58,325 nt of DNA from Candidatus Bipolaricaulota bacterium (GTDB lineage: Bacteria > Bipolaricaulota > Bipolaricaulia > UBA7950 > UBA9294): positions 1-58,325 of the forward strand of contig JBFMGK010000046.1 of NCBI GenBank assembly GCA_040752575.1. Reading direction: 5' to 3'. The position numbers and the translations under genes are program-made. Each line of letters starts with the position of its first letter. Position 1 is the first letter of the stretch. The notes under the pieces were generated by a model. The model made no database searches and was not told the origin of the DNA. It worked only from the letters and a program-made list of their open reading frames with translations. Shown here in pieces: positions 1 through 10,334 of this stretch.

Positions 1-231
1 CTCCCGATCCTCAAGCTCTTCCTCGAGTTGCGCGATGCGCTCCTCCTGACGTTCGAGCCGTTGCTCGACCTCCTCTTGAAGCCGTTCGAGCCGCTCGCGC
101 TCGCGCTCGAGCCGCTCGCGCTCGCGGTCGATCTTCTCCCGCTCTCGCTCAATGGCTTCGCGCTCCCTCTCCAAACGCTCGCCGCTACGGGTCCCGTTCC
201 TCGGGCCCTCAGGCCGATCAGATTCCGCCAT
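1..231 (-). CDS. Hypothetical E/R-rich coiled-coil protein, 5' part only (runs off window); in-frame extension to GTG at 438 possible
   Basis: ATG at 231 preceded by AAGGGAGGAAG; MAESDRPEG...LEREREAIEREREKIDRERERLERERERL; frame open from GTG438, which overlaps the anti-sigma stop. Confidence 0.7.
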   Translation of the reverse strand, partial: MAESDRPEGPRNGTRSGERLEREREAIEREREKIDRERERLERERERLERLQEEVEQRLERQEERIAQLEEELEDRE

Positions 232-437
232 GGTCTTCCTCCCTTGAACGCTTGTCTCAAGTTCTCCGTCCGCGTCTCGGGTCCCGCCCGCGGCACGTTG
301 TCGCTCCGCTTGCGCTGCGGCCTCCATGGCCGCGGCAAACGTGAGGCGTCCTCCGGCCGAGTGCTCGATCTCGGCGATGCGTGCCTCGCTGAGGCCGGAA
401 GCGCGAAGCACGTCCGCTGGCGAGAGACGGGCCGCCA

Positions 438-836
438 CTAGGGTTCCTCTCCTGGATCGGAGTTGGGTTTCCTCCGTGAGGGGTTGGCGATTCGCACGCG
501 GCGGCCCAGCACATGGAGGCTGGCGCGCACAGGAGGCCGCGCCCGCGAGGCCGAGACTCCGAGGCGCAGACCCACGAGGAGTGAACCGATATCGATGTCG
601 GCAATCGGCCGGAGCCCGGCGGACGTCATGATGCGGCGCCAGACCTGACCGCGAACTGGAGGGTTGTCCCTCTCCGCGGCCCCGATGGCTTGGCGCAGCC
701 AGACGACGTCCGCGAGTTCGTTTCGGCATGCGGAGCACGAAAGGAGATGCGCCGCGACGTCCTCAGCGTCTCGCGTCGGCAGACGGCCGGTTGCGTACCA
801 GGGGAGCAGCTCTTGCGCCTCGTTGCAGTCGATCAT
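438..836 (-). CDS. zf-HC2 zinc-finger anti-sigma factor-like protein
   Basis: MIDCNEAQELLPWY...AHLLSCSACR (HxxxCxxC); ATGA overlap with sigma stop. Confidence 0.85.
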   Translation of the reverse strand: MIDCNEAQELLPWYATGRLPTRDAEDVAAHLLSCSACRNELADVVWLRQAIGAAERDNPPVRGQVWRRIMTSAGLRPIADIDIGSLLVGLRLGVSASRARPPVRASLHVLGRRVRIANPSRRKPNSDPGEEP

Positions 837-1339
837 CGCAGCTCCTTGGACAGGGCCTTCCGTGCGTAGAAGAGCCTGGACTTCAGCGTTCCCTCCGGAA
901 CCCCCAACACAGCGGCGGCGTCTGCGACGCTGAGCTCGTCGAAGAACACGAGGTGCAGGGCCTCGCGATGCTCGGCCGACAGCTGGCGAAGTGCCCTTTG
1001 GACGCGGACGCCGATTTCGACGGTTTCGGACGGATCCGGCTCGACCCCGGCGATGTCGGGCGTGCGTGCGCCGCGAGCCTCGCGCCGCTGGAGCGCGTGA
1101 GCCTGATTGCGCGCGATGCCGAGGATCCACGTCGACAGCTTTGAGTTGCCTCGAAACCGGCCTGCTTGCTTCCACACCGCCAACATGGTCTCTTGGAGCA
1201 CCTCCTCGGCGAGCGGTCCGTTCCACACGAGAGACCGCGCGAACCGGTACACGCGTTCGGCGTGCCGCTGATAGAGCTCGTGGAACGCCGTTCTGTCCCC
1301 GCGGGCGACTGCGCAGATCAACGCCTCGTCGCTTCTCAC
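833..1339 (-). CDS. ECF-family RNA polymerase sigma factor
   Basis: AFHELYQRH, AEEVLQET, STWILGIARN, LGVPEGTLKSRLFYARK (regions 2 and 4). Confidence 0.95.
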   Translation of the reverse strand: MRSDEALICAVARGDRTAFHELYQRHAERVYRFARSLVWNGPLAEEVLQETMLAVWKQAGRFRGNSKLSTWILGIARNQAHALQRREARGARTPDIAGVEPDPSETVEIGVRVQRALRQLSAEHREALHLVFFDELSVADAAAVLGVPEGTLKSRLFYARKALSKELR

Positions 1340-1425
1340 GTCGTCCTCACGCGCGTTCTCCCTTCGAACCGCCCGACATGTATGGGTGGCGCTTGCCGCA
1401 GATCCGGTTCAACGGGGTTCTGACG

Positions 1426-1662
1426 TCAGCCTCCTCCGACCGGGGGAAAGAGGCCGACACGCGCACCGTCGCGCAGCGGGACGCTGCGGTCGGTACAGGC
1501 GCGTCCGTCCACGAAGACGAGGTGGACGGCCTCGGGGGCTACGCCGAGCTCGGCAAGGAGGGTGAAGACCGACGAGCCGTCGGGCAGTTCGACGTTTTCC
1601 ACCGCGCCGGCTGCGCTGCGATCCAAGGCCAGCGTTGCATACCGCCGCACCTCGAGGTTCAC
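1426..1662 (-). CDS. MoaD/ThiS-family sulfur carrier
   Basis: Ends RVGLFPPVGGG (C-terminal GG); GTG start overlaps upstream TGA. Confidence 0.9.
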   Translation of the reverse strand: MNLEVRRYATLALDRSAAGAVENVELPDGSSVFTLLAELGVAPEAVHLVFVDGRACTDRSVPLRDGARVGLFPPVGGG

Positions 1663-1943
1663 GCTGGGCCGCTCTCCGCACGGAAATACCACTTGTACAG
1701 GAGTTGCATGTCCTCGGGGAACACCCCGACGCGCGCTCCGTCCGCAACGCCGGTCGCCAGGTCGGCGTAGTGCCCGTTGACAAAGAGATTCGCGCCGACC
1801 GCCTCAAGGGGGATGCCCAGGCGCTTGAGAATCGTCCCTACGGTGTCTCCGGGCTCGGCCGGCACGTCGCAGATCGACTCCGTGCGCGGGTCCGAGTCGG
1901 CCGCGAAGCGCCGCAGCTTTCCGTACAGGTAGACGCGAACCAT
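1659..1943 (-). CDS. MoaD/ThiS-like (beta-grasp) protein lacking C-terminal GG
   Basis: MVRVYLYGKLRRF...LFVNG...DGARVGVFPEDMQLLYKWYFRAESGPA. Confidence 0.75.
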   Translation of the reverse strand: MVRVYLYGKLRRFAADSDPRTESICDVPAEPGDTVGTILKRLGIPLEAVGANLFVNGHYADLATGVADGARVGVFPEDMQLLYKWYFRAESGPA

Positions 1944-1951
1944 GAAGGAGC

Positions 1952-3697
1952 CTATGGGGCGAAGACGCGGTCGAGCTCTACATCGGGGACATCCCACACC
2001 CCTCCGTGCGGCGGAAGGGGCTCGCGGGCCATGAACTCGGGGAGTCGATCGTCGGCCGCCGTGAACCCCGCCCTGCGGTTGAAGTCGAGCTCGAGGTCAA
2101 GAACCGCCTTGCCGATTCGGCCCACGTCGTCCATCGTCCACGACGCGCCCAGAACCCCTGAACACTCTTCGATGACGCCCTCGAATCCCGAACCGATATC
2201 GAGAATCGCGAAGGCGATAAACAGGCAATGCCCCGTGGAGTCCAGAAACGCTGTCGCGTACTGGAAGTTGCGCGCCAGATCCGTCTTGTGCGGGTCGAGA
2301 GGGTCCAGCTTCCCCGAGACGCCGAGGATCTCGGGGGCGATCGTGTACCCCGAGGTGTGATCGGCTCCCATCGTCGAGACGGCGTACGTCATGCCGATCC
2401 CTTTGATCGTGCGAGGCTCATAGGCCGGCATGCCTTGCCCCTTGACCTGAGGTACGCGGACGACGCCGAAGGCGCGTCCCGTGAAGGCGGCGCCGTTCCC
2501 GAGGATGCGGCCGAGCGGCGTGCCCTTTCCGATCTCGTGAACCAGCTCGATGGCGCGCGCCCCCTCACCAAAGCGCGCGACGCCCGCCTCCATGGCCACG
2601 GCGAGGGTGTCGCCGATTTCGATGGTGTCGAGACCGTACTCGTTGCACAGCAGATTGAGTTCGGCGATGACGTCGAGGTCGTCGACGCCGCAGTTGGCTC
2701 CGAAAGCCCAGTCGGACTCGTACTCGATGCACGACGTGTGATCCGTACCGTCAGGGCGGTGCCACGTGTTCGAGCATCGGATCACGCAGCCCGGAGAGCA
2801 GGCATGATTGTAGACCTCCGCGCCGGTTCTCTCTTGGTTGCCTGCGAAGATGGCCTCGCCGGCAATCTTTGCGGCTCCCTCGAAGCGACCTTCGCGGAAG
2901 TTGCGCGTTGGAAGCCCGCCGGCCTCGTTGAGGATGTTCACCAGAACCGCCGTGCCGTAGGTATTCAGAGCCCCCTTCGGCTTGGTGATCGCGTGCTCGG
3001 CGAGCGCAGCGGCCAGCTTCTTGCGTCCGGCGTCGAACGTGACTGGGTCGGCGATGGTTACGTCGGACGACTCGGAGTCGTCGAGCACGATGCCCTTGAG
3101 TCCCTTGCTGCCCATTACGGCGCCGAGGCCGCCGCGTCCGGCATAGCGGCTCGCTCGACCGTCTTGATCGCTGAAGCATACGCCGGCGGCGGCTAGACGC
3201 TGTTCTCCGGCCGCGCCGATGGCGCAGATGTCGACGCGCTTGGGGCCTCCAAATCTGCCGTAGAGATCACGGAACATGTCGGACAGCCTCCGGCCGGACC
3301 ATGCTTCGGCACGCTCGAACGCCGCTCCGTGTGCGTCGACGCGAAGGAGCCACCACGAGCCGTCGGAAGGTTGGCCTTCCACGATGAGCGCGCGGAGTCC
3401 GAGGCGGGCCAGGCGGCGGGCCCAACCCGTTCCCGCGTTGGCCTCTTTGATCCCGCCGGTGAGCGGCGACTTGCCGCCGACGGAGATGCGAGACGACGTC
3501 GGCGCGGAGGTTCCCGTGACGACGCCCGGCGAGAAGACGACTTTGTTTGCCGGCCCCAGCGGATGGCAGGTCGGGGGCACCTCGTCGTGCACGATGCTGG
3601 ACGTGAGCCAGCGGCCGGCTCGTTCGCGGTAGTCGGCGGGAACAGGCTCGAACGAGACGGTCCGCCGCTCCATGTTAACTCGCAGAATGCGTTCCAT
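1952..3697 (-). CDS. Aldehyde:ferredoxin oxidoreductase (tungstopterin AOR family)
   Basis: ILRVNM, KSPLTGGIKEANAG, AGRGGLGAVMGSKGLK, CSPGCVIRC, EYE, CNEYGLDTI; RBS GAAGGGAG. Confidence 0.95.
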   Translation of the reverse strand: MERILRVNMERRTVSFEPVPADYRERAGRWLTSSIVHDEVPPTCHPLGPANKVVFSPGVVTGTSAPTSSRISVGGKSPLTGGIKEANAGTGWARRLARLGLRALIVEGQPSDGSWWLLRVDAHGAAFERAEAWSGRRLSDMFRDLYGRFGGPKRVDICAIGAAGEQRLAAAGVCFSDQDGRASRYAGRGGLGAVMGSKGLKGIVLDDSESSDVTIADPVTFDAGRKKLAAALAEHAITKPKGALNTYGTAVLVNILNEAGGLPTRNFREGRFEGAAKIAGEAIFAGNQERTGAEVYNHACSPGCVIRCSNTWHRPDGTDHTSCIEYESDWAFGANCGVDDLDVIAELNLLCNEYGLDTIEIGDTLAVAMEAGVARFGEGARAIELVHEIGKGTPLGRILGNGAAFTGRAFGVVRVPQVKGQGMPAYEPRTIKGIGMTYAVSTMGADHTSGYTIAPEILGVSGKLDPLDPHKTDLARNFQYATAFLDSTGHCLFIAFAILDIGSGFEGVIEECSGVLGASWTMDDVGRIGKAVLDLELDFNRRAGFTAADDRLPEFMAREPLPPHGGVWDVPDVELDRVFAP

Positions 3698-3821
3698 GGA
3701 TCTCCCTTCATGCCGTGTGACGTCGCGCAGACAGAGGTCTACTACGGGGCGGGAGACGAAGTCAACCCGACGGGCTTTCGCGGGCTTGCTCGCGGTAGAA
3801 TGCGTGCAGCGGAGGACGAAC

Positions 3822-6086
3822 GTGGCGGAGACTAGGCAGCTCGTGGCGCTCATGTTGACCGACATGGTTGGCTACACGCGGCTCGCGCAGTCCGACGAGG
3901 CGCGAGCCCTTCGACTGGTCGAGGAACACGCCGCCGCGATTCGGGAGAGCGTGAAGGCGCACGGCGGGAGGTCGGTCAAGAGCACGGGAGACGGCTTTCT
4001 CGTCGAGTTTCCGAGCGCTCTACAAGCCGTTTCATGTGCTCTCGATGTTCAGCGCCGCTTCCACGATCGCAACCGCGCCGCGCAACCCGAAGACCAGTTC
4101 GCCGTGCGCATCGGCCTCCACGTAGGCGACGTGGTCCGACGCGGCGAGGACGTTTATGGGGACGGAGTGAACATCACGTCGCGGATCGAGCCGCTTGCCG
4201 CTCCTGGCGGAATCTGTGTGACGGCGGCGCTCCGAGATCAGGTCTGGAACAAAATCCCGCAGCCGCTTGTCAGTCTTGGTCGCCAAGAGCTGAAGAATCT
4301 GCAGGCGCCGATCGAGGTCTTCCGGATCGTCCTCCCGTGGGAGAGCAACGAAGCAGCGAGGGCGGAGGAAGCGAGGCCGTTGGATCGCACGCGGCTCGCT
4401 GTCCTGCCTCTGTCCAACGTCAGCCCGGATCCCGGCGACGCGTACTTCACGGACGGCATGACGGAAGAGCTGATCTACACCTTGTCCAAAGTTCCGGGGC
4501 TCAAAGTCATCGCGCAGACCTCGGCCATGATCTACAAGGGGACTGCCAAACCGATTCGCGAGATCGGGCGCGAGTTGTCCGTGGGAGCGGTCCTCGAAGG
4601 AAGCGTACGCAAGGCCGGAGAGAGGCTTCGGATCACCGTACAACTCATCGATGCGGCCTCCGAGGAGCACCTTTGGGCCGGACGCTTCGACCGCGAGCTG
4701 GCGGACGTGTTTGAGATCCAGACGGAGATCGCGCAGAACGTGGCCGGCGAACTGAAGGGCGTCTTGGCGCCGGGGTCTTCGCAACGCCCGACGGGCAACC
4801 TGGACGCGTACAAGGAGTACCTTAAGGGGCGACAGTTCTGGGCACGGCGCTCCAAGGCGAGCCTCTACAAGGCCTTGGAGCACTTCGAGGCGGCGGTGGG
4901 CGCGGATCCTGCCTTTGCCAAGGCGTACTCCGGCCTTGCCGACACCTACACCGTCCTCGCCAACCATGGGTACGAGCCGGCCGCGCAGGCGCTTCCGCGG
5001 GCGCAGCGCGCGGCCGAGAAGGCCACGCAGCTTGACCCCAGTCTTGGAGAGGCCTTCGCTTCGCTGGGAATCGTACGGCTCCTCTTCCAGCACGACGCGC
5101 CGGGCGCAGAGCGCGAACTGGAGCGGGCGATTGAGCTGAACCCGAACTACGCGACGGCCCACCAATGGCTCGGGCTCGTCTACGACTACAGCGGCCGCGG
5201 ACAGGAAGCCCATGCTGCCATGGAGCGCGCGCTGGAGCTTGATCCCTTGGCTCACATCACACACGTGTCGTTCGCGGGCATGCTCATGGAGTCCGGAGAC
5301 CCCGAGCGGGCAAAAGCGCTGTTGCTCAGGGCGCGCGACCTCGATCCCGACTATCCCGGCCTCGGAATGAGCTTGGCCTACACCGAGATGATTCTCTGGA
5401 ACTGGCATGGGGCCGAGGACGCCCTGTCCATTGCGCTGCACCGGAATCCCAACAACGTGGCGGCCCTCACGACCAAGATGCTCCTTGGCCTCCTGCGCGG
5501 CGATGTCGCGGTGGCACGCGCGGCCATCGAGAAGGCTGAACGGATCGAGCCGGAGTCTCCGCACGTCTGGGCGTCGCGGGGAGCTTTCGAGCAGGGGACG
5601 GGCAATCTCGAGGAAGGCATTCGCTGGACGGAGCGCGTCGTCGAGGCACGCTCCGACGAACTGCACACGGTCCTCGAGTTGGCGCTGCGCTACGTGGCTT
5701 TGGGGCGCGCCGAGCAGGCCGCACGATGTCTGGCGCGACTCGACGAACAGCCTCCGATCTCGCGAAAGCTTCAGCCCATCCTGCTTGCCGCCCGTGGTTC
5801 GCTTGCGGCGCTTGAAGGGCGCGAGCATGACGTCGCCGAGGCTCTTGAGGCGCTGCGACGGGCTTCGTGGAGCCCGCGCCGGCACACCTCCGCGGCGCTC
5901 GTGCTGTGCGCCGCCGGGAAGCTCGACGAAGCGTTCGACGAAGTTGAACGTGCGATGTCGCTGCACGATCCGGGTCTCATCGGGTTCTTGCTGGATCCGC
6001 TGATCGCTTCAATGCGCACCCATCCGCGCTTCCAGCGAGTGCTCGAGGTCATGGGTCTCGGGGCGGGCGTCGCCGCCGCGCGCTAG
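3822..6086 (+). CDS. Class III adenylate/guanylate cyclase with TolB-like domain and TPR repeats
   Basis: TDMVGYT, KSTGDGFLVEF, RIGLHVGD, GDGVNITSRIE; LAVLPLSN..YFTDGMTEELI; repeated AxELNP/DP TPR motifs; RBS GGAGG before GTG3822. Confidence 0.9.
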   Translation: MAETRQLVALMLTDMVGYTRLAQSDEARALRLVEEHAAAIRESVKAHGGRSVKSTGDGFLVEFPSALQAVSCALDVQRRFHDRNRAAQPEDQFAVRIGLHVGDVVRRGEDVYGDGVNITSRIEPLAAPGGICVTAALRDQVWNKIPQPLVSLGRQELKNLQAPIEVFRIVLPWESNEAARAEEARPLDRTRLAVLPLSNVSPDPGDAYFTDGMTEELIYTLSKVPGLKVIAQTSAMIYKGTAKPIREIGRELSVGAVLEGSVRKAGERLRITVQLIDAASEEHLWAGRFDRELADVFEIQTEIAQNVAGELKGVLAPGSSQRPTGNLDAYKEYLKGRQFWARRSKASLYKALEHFEAAVGADPAFAKAYSGLADTYTVLANHGYEPAAQALPRAQRAAEKATQLDPSLGEAFASLGIVRLLFQHDAPGAERELERAIELNPNYATAHQWLGLVYDYSGRGQEAHAAMERALELDPLAHITHVSFAGMLMESGDPERAKALLLRARDLDPDYPGLGMSLAYTEMILWNWHGAEDALSIALHRNPNNVAALTTKMLLGLLRGDVAVARAAIEKAERIEPESPHVWASRGAFEQGTGNLEEGIRWTERVVEARSDELHTVLELALRYVALGRAEQAARCLARLDEQPPISRKLQPILLAARGSLAALEGREHDVAEALEALRRASWSPRRHTSAALVLCAAGKLDEAFDEVERAMSLHDPGLIGFLLDPLIASMRTHPRFQRVLEVMGLGAGVAAAR

Positions 6087-6305
6087 TCGGGAATCCAGGC
6101 GGTTGCCGCTCCGAGGGACTTGGAGGCGTTCCGATGCGCCTCGCAGGACGGCCGCGTGTTGGGGTTCCTGGGCGGCTGGCTGGACGCCGTGGCGGGGCTG
6201 CCATTCGGAACGCGGGTTCGCGTATCGAAGACGCAGCACGCTTCACGGGCGCGCTCGTTCCCGCCGAGAATCGAATTCGCGCTCTCCGGCTCGCGGGAGT
6301 CCACC

Positions 6306-8255
6306 TCAGAGCCCGATGGGCGCCGGCGAGTCGTCTTCCTTCTGCCCGTGCGTTGCGCTCAGGAAGACAATGCCGAGCGGCGGCAGAGACAGAGAGACCG
6401 AGTAGGGTTGGCCGTGAAGCGGCACGTCGGCCGCGACGACGCCGCCCAGGTTCCCGACACCGCTCCCTCCGTAGATCCTGGCATCGCTGTTCAGGAGCTC
6501 CTTCCAGAAGCCCGGAGCCGGTATGCCGACGCGGTAGTCAAAGCGCGGGATCGGGGTGTAGTTGGCGACGACGGCCACAGGGGCGGCATCGTCCGCGGTT
6601 CGCAGGAAACCCACGATGCTCGCGTCCGCGTCGCTGCAATCGATCCACTGGAAACCGGAGGAGTCGAAATCCCGTCTGTGGAGGGCGGGCGTCGTGCGTA
6701 GGAGGGCATTGAGATCCACTACCCACTGCTGAAGTTGTCGATGGAGGTCCCCCTCGAGCGCCCGCCAATCGAGTCCCTCTTCATGACTCCACTCGCTCCA
6801 TTGCCCGAACTCCCCTCCCATGAACAAGAGCTTCTTCCCCGGCTGGCCGTACATGGTTCCATAGAGAAGTCGCAGATTCGCGAACTTCTGCCACGTATCC
6901 CCCGGCATCCGTCCCAGAAGCGAGCTCTTCCCGTGGACGACCTCGTCGTGGGAGAGCGAGAGAACGAAGTTCTCGTGAAAGGCATAGAGAAGCCGGAACG
7001 TCAACAGGTTGTGGTGGAAACGCCGGTGGACGGGGTCTTTGGACATATACAACAGCATGTCATGCATCCACCCCATGTCCCACTTCATGCCGAATCCCAG
7101 GCCTCCGGCGTAGGTCGGTCGGGAGACCATGGGCCAGGCCGTCGACTCCTCGGCGATGGTCTGGACGTCGGGGTAGTCCGAGTACACCGCCTGGTTGAGG
7201 CGGCGGAGAAAGTCGATCGCCTCGAGATTCTCGCGGCCGCCGTGGCGATTGGGGATCCACTCGCCTTCCCGGCGCGAGTAGTCGAGGTAGAGCATGGAGG
7301 CCACGGCGTCGACGCGAAGCCCGTCGGCGTGATAGAGATCGAGCCAGAATAGGGCGCTGGACGCGAGGAATGCCGGAACCTCGCGGCGCCCGTAGTTGAA
7401 GATCAGGCTGTCCCAGTCGGGATGGAGTCCCTGACGCGGGTCTTCGTGCTCGTAGAGGCAGGTTCCGTCGAAGCGGGCGAGCCCGTGGGCATCCTTGGGA
7501 AAGTGTGAGGGTACCCAGTCGAGCAGGACGCCGATTCCCCTTTCGTGTAGGTGGTCGATCAGCGCCATGAAGTCCTGGGGCGTGCCGTAGCGACTTGACG
7601 GGGCGAAGTACCCGGTGACCTGGTAGCCCCACGATCCGTAGAACGGATGCTCCATGATCGGCAGGAACTCGACATGAGTGAAGCCCAGTCTCACAACGTA
7701 GTCCGCCAATTGTGGCGCGAGTTCGCGGTAGGTGGGCGTCTTTGCCGCGTTGCGCATCCACGAACCGAGATGAACCTCGTAGATCGAGATGGGCGCGTCG
7801 AGTGCGTTCCTGGACCAGCGGTTCTTCATCCACTCTGCGTCGTGCCACTCGTAGTCCAGGGCCCAGATGACCGAGGCTGTGCCCGGCGGAGTCTCGGCGA
7901 AGACGGCATACGGATCGGCCTTGTCGAGCCAGACTCTCGTTCCGCGCGGGCGGATGTGGTACTTGTACTGCTCCCCGGCCCGCGCTCCGGCGACGAACCC
8001 CTCCCAGATGCCCGAGGCGCCATGGGGATGTAGGCGATCCTTGCCCGGCGTCCAGGCGTTGAAGTCGCCCACGACGTCGACCTCTTCGGCATTGGGCGCC
8101 CAGACGGCGAACCGGGTCCCTGCCTTGCCGCGTTCGAGCGTGAGATGGGCTCCCAGCTTTCGATAGAGCCGGACGTGTGTCCCTTCGCCGAACAGGTAGA
8201 TGTCGTCCTCGCTCAGACGACACGATGAGCTGGTTGGCCTTGTCTCTCGGTTCAT
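6306..8255 (-). CDS. glgB: 1,4-alpha-glucan branching enzyme (GH13)
   Basis: [54 protein letters not shown]. Confidence 0.97.
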   Translation of the reverse strand: MNRETRPTSSSCRLSEDDIYLFGEGTHVRLYRKLGAHLTLERGKAGTRFAVWAPNAEEVDVVGDFNAWTPGKDRLHPHGASGIWEGFVAGARAGEQYKYHIRPRGTRVWLDKADPYAVFAETPPGTASVIWALDYEWHDAEWMKNRWSRNALDAPISIYEVHLGSWMRNAAKTPTYRELAPQLADYVVRLGFTHVEFLPIMEHPFYGSWGYQVTGYFAPSSRYGTPQDFMALIDHLHERGIGVLLDWVPSHFPKDAHGLARFDGTCLYEHEDPRQGLHPDWDSLIFNYGRREVPAFLASSALFWLDLYHADGLRVDAVASMLYLDYSRREGEWIPNRHGGRENLEAIDFLRRLNQAVYSDYPDVQTIAEESTAWPMVSRPTYAGGLGFGMKWDMGWMHDMLLYMSKDPVHRRFHHNLLTFRLLYAFHENFVLSLSHDEVVHGKSSLLGRMPGDTWQKFANLRLLYGTMYGQPGKKLLFMGGEFGQWSEWSHEEGLDWRALEGDLHRQLQQWVVDLNALLRTTPALHRRDFDSSGFQWIDCSDADASIVGFLRTADDAAPVAVVANYTPIPRFDYRVGIPAPGFWKELLNSDARIYGGSGVGNLGGVVAADVPLHGQPYSVSLSLPPLGIVFLSATHGQKEDDSPAPIGL

Positions 8256-8369
8256 CGTCCCTCCGCGCCGCGGGAGTGTAGTCGGATGCGGCGCCGCCGA
8301 CCAAGGGACAAGGCATTGACCTTGTCGCGGGAATCCGCTATGCCATGCACAAGAGGAAAGGAGCGAGGC

Positions 8370-9599
8370 ATGCGCGACGTCTTGACGTTCATCCTTGCGG
8401 GCGGAAAGGGCGAGCGCCTCCTCCCGCTGACGAGAGATCGGGCGAAACCAGCAGTTCCGTTTGGCGGCCACTATCGGATCATCGACTTCGCGCTCTCGTC
8501 GTGCGTGCACTCAAACCTGCGTAGGATCTTCATCCTCACGCAATACAAGTCGCTGTCCCTGGAAGAGCACGTTCGCGACGGGTGGACCGTTCTCAGTCCG
8601 ACACTCGACGAGTTCCTGCAGACCGTGCCTCCGCAGCAACGAACCGGGAGCGATTGGTATCTGGGGACGGCGGATGCTATTCACCAGAACTGGTATTGCG
8701 TGGAGCGCTTCGCCATGGAGCACGGGTCCCCGTCGGCCATCCTGATCTTGGCGGGAGATCACGTGTACAAGATGGACTACCGCGCGATGATCGACTTCCA
8801 TCGCGCCAAGGACGCGGACGCGACGGTGGCCGTGCTGCGGCTGCACCGCGATGAGGTCCGTGCGAAGCTCGGCGAGCTCGTGATCGATGCCGACTCCCGC
8901 GCCGTGGCGTTCGAGGAAAAGCCGATGCGGCCGACGGGCATGCCGGGGGAGCCCGACTTCTGCCTTGCGTCTCTCGGCATCTACGCTTTCAAGCCGGGCG
9001 TCTTGCGCGACGAACTCGATCGCGACGCGGGGACCGTTGCATCGCATCACGACTTCGGCCGGAACGTCCTGCCGGCGATGATCGGCCGACGGCGGGTCTA
9101 CGCCTTTCCGTTTGAACTCGGGAACCGCAACACGGGCGTCTACTGGCGTGATGTCGGCACGATCGACGCCTACTTCGACGCGCACATGGACCTTGTCGGG
9201 GCGATGCCGCGATTTGATCTCTATGACCGTAGTTGGCCCATTCACACCGTCCATCGGCCGAAGCCGCCGGCGAAGATCGTGCGAGGGGACGGAGATGCCA
9301 CGGGAGTGGCGTTCGACTCGCTCGTCTCATCGGGCGCCATCGTCTCGGGTGGAACCGTCGTGCGGTCGATTCTCTCGCCCGGAGTCGTCGTGCAGTCGGG
9401 AGCTCACGTTGAGGAGTCCGTGCTCCTCGACCGTGTGGTCATCGGCAGGGGGGCGCGCGTGCGGCGGGCCATTTTGGACAAGCGCGCTGTCGTGGCCGAC
9501 GACGCGACGATCGGCTACGACGCTCAAGCTGACGCAGAGCAGTTCAGCCTCTCGGAAGCGGGGATCGTGGTGGTCCCCAAGAGCACTTTCCCCCACTAG
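8370..9599 (+). CDS. glgC: Glucose-1-phosphate adenylyltransferase
   Basis: [49 protein letters not shown]. Confidence 0.97.
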   Translation: MRDVLTFILAGGKGERLLPLTRDRAKPAVPFGGHYRIIDFALSSCVHSNLRRIFILTQYKSLSLEEHVRDGWTVLSPTLDEFLQTVPPQQRTGSDWYLGTADAIHQNWYCVERFAMEHGSPSAILILAGDHVYKMDYRAMIDFHRAKDADATVAVLRLHRDEVRAKLGELVIDADSRAVAFEEKPMRPTGMPGEPDFCLASLGIYAFKPGVLRDELDRDAGTVASHHDFGRNVLPAMIGRRRVYAFPFELGNRNTGVYWRDVGTIDAYFDAHMDLVGAMPRFDLYDRSWPIHTVHRPKPPAKIVRGDGDATGVAFDSLVSSGAIVSGGTVVRSILSPGVVVQSGAHVEESVLLDRVVIGRGARVRRAILDKRAVVADDATIGYDAQADAEQFSLSEAGIVVVPKSTFPH

Positions 9600-9601
9600 C
9601 T

Positions 9602-10234
9602 TCAGGGAAAGGGACCTTGGATGATGGCGATGCCGATACAGCCGAAGTGAGAGCCTCGAACCGCCTGGGGGGTCAGACCGCAGCGGTCGAGGAGACCCTC
9701 GAGGGACCCGTGGGACACGTAGTCGGCAAACCCTGCTCGGTGCTCCAGGCCAGAGCTTCGCTCGATCGCTCGGATGACGAGCCACGGGAGATGCCAGCGC
9801 GGCCTCCTGGGTTCGCGAAAGTCCGCGATGACCAGTGTGCCCGCAGGATGGAGCACGCGCAGCGCTTCGGCGACCATCGCGCGTCGCTCGTTCTCGTCGT
9901 GTTCATGAAGCGCTAGCGAGAGGATCGCTGCGTCGAAGGCCGCGTCGGGAAAGGGGAGTGCGAGCGCCGATCCGCACACGAACGGGACATGCGGCGATCG
10001 TCTCGCCGCGGCGGCAATCATCGCCGGCGACAGGTCCACGCCCACGGGCTGAAGCCCGCGTTGCGCAAGGATCCGAGCCTGATCGCCCGTTGCGCAGCCA
10101 ATGTCCAACACGCGCAACGCGGAGCCTCCGGCCAGCGCGGCGGCTACTCGAGGCCGCAGCGGCCGGACGATAGGATCGATGGCGAGGCGGTAGACGCGGG
10201 CCGCCGCCTCTCCATAGCGCTCACGAGAAGCCAT
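9602..10234 (-). CDS. Class I SAM-dependent methyltransferase
   Basis: RVLDIGCATG, GVDLSPAM, LPFPDAAFD. Confidence 0.9.
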   Translation of the reverse strand: MASRERYGEAAARVYRLAIDPIVRPLRPRVAAALAGGSALRVLDIGCATGDQARILAQRGLQPVGVDLSPAMIAAAARRSPHVPFVCGSALALPFPDAAFDAAILSLALHEHDENERRAMVAEALRVLHPAGTLVIADFREPRRPRWHLPWLVIRAIERSSGLEHRAGFADYVSHGSLEGLLDRCGLTPQAVRGSHFGCIGIAIIQGPFP

Positions 10235-10334
10235 GGGTGTACAGTACGCTTCGGCGCACCAAGGGACAACGGCGGGTTCATGGCCGCGGGCCGTCGGGCT
10301 GTGCGTCGCGATGCGGCCTTCGAACGGGGTGCGG

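Noticed and set aside
28..441. Leu-rich plus-strand ORF
   Set aside because: Antisense mirror of the E/R-rich minus-strand gene, which has the RBS and operon context
3822..6086. Cyclase-TPR protein as receptor of the repeat peptide
   Set aside because: Over 50 kb away and a widespread architecture; no link visible in sequence
6087..6305. Possible structured ncRNA between convergent genes
   Set aside because: Some stems, but no tmRNA, SRP, RNase P or tRNA hallmark; expected at this GC content
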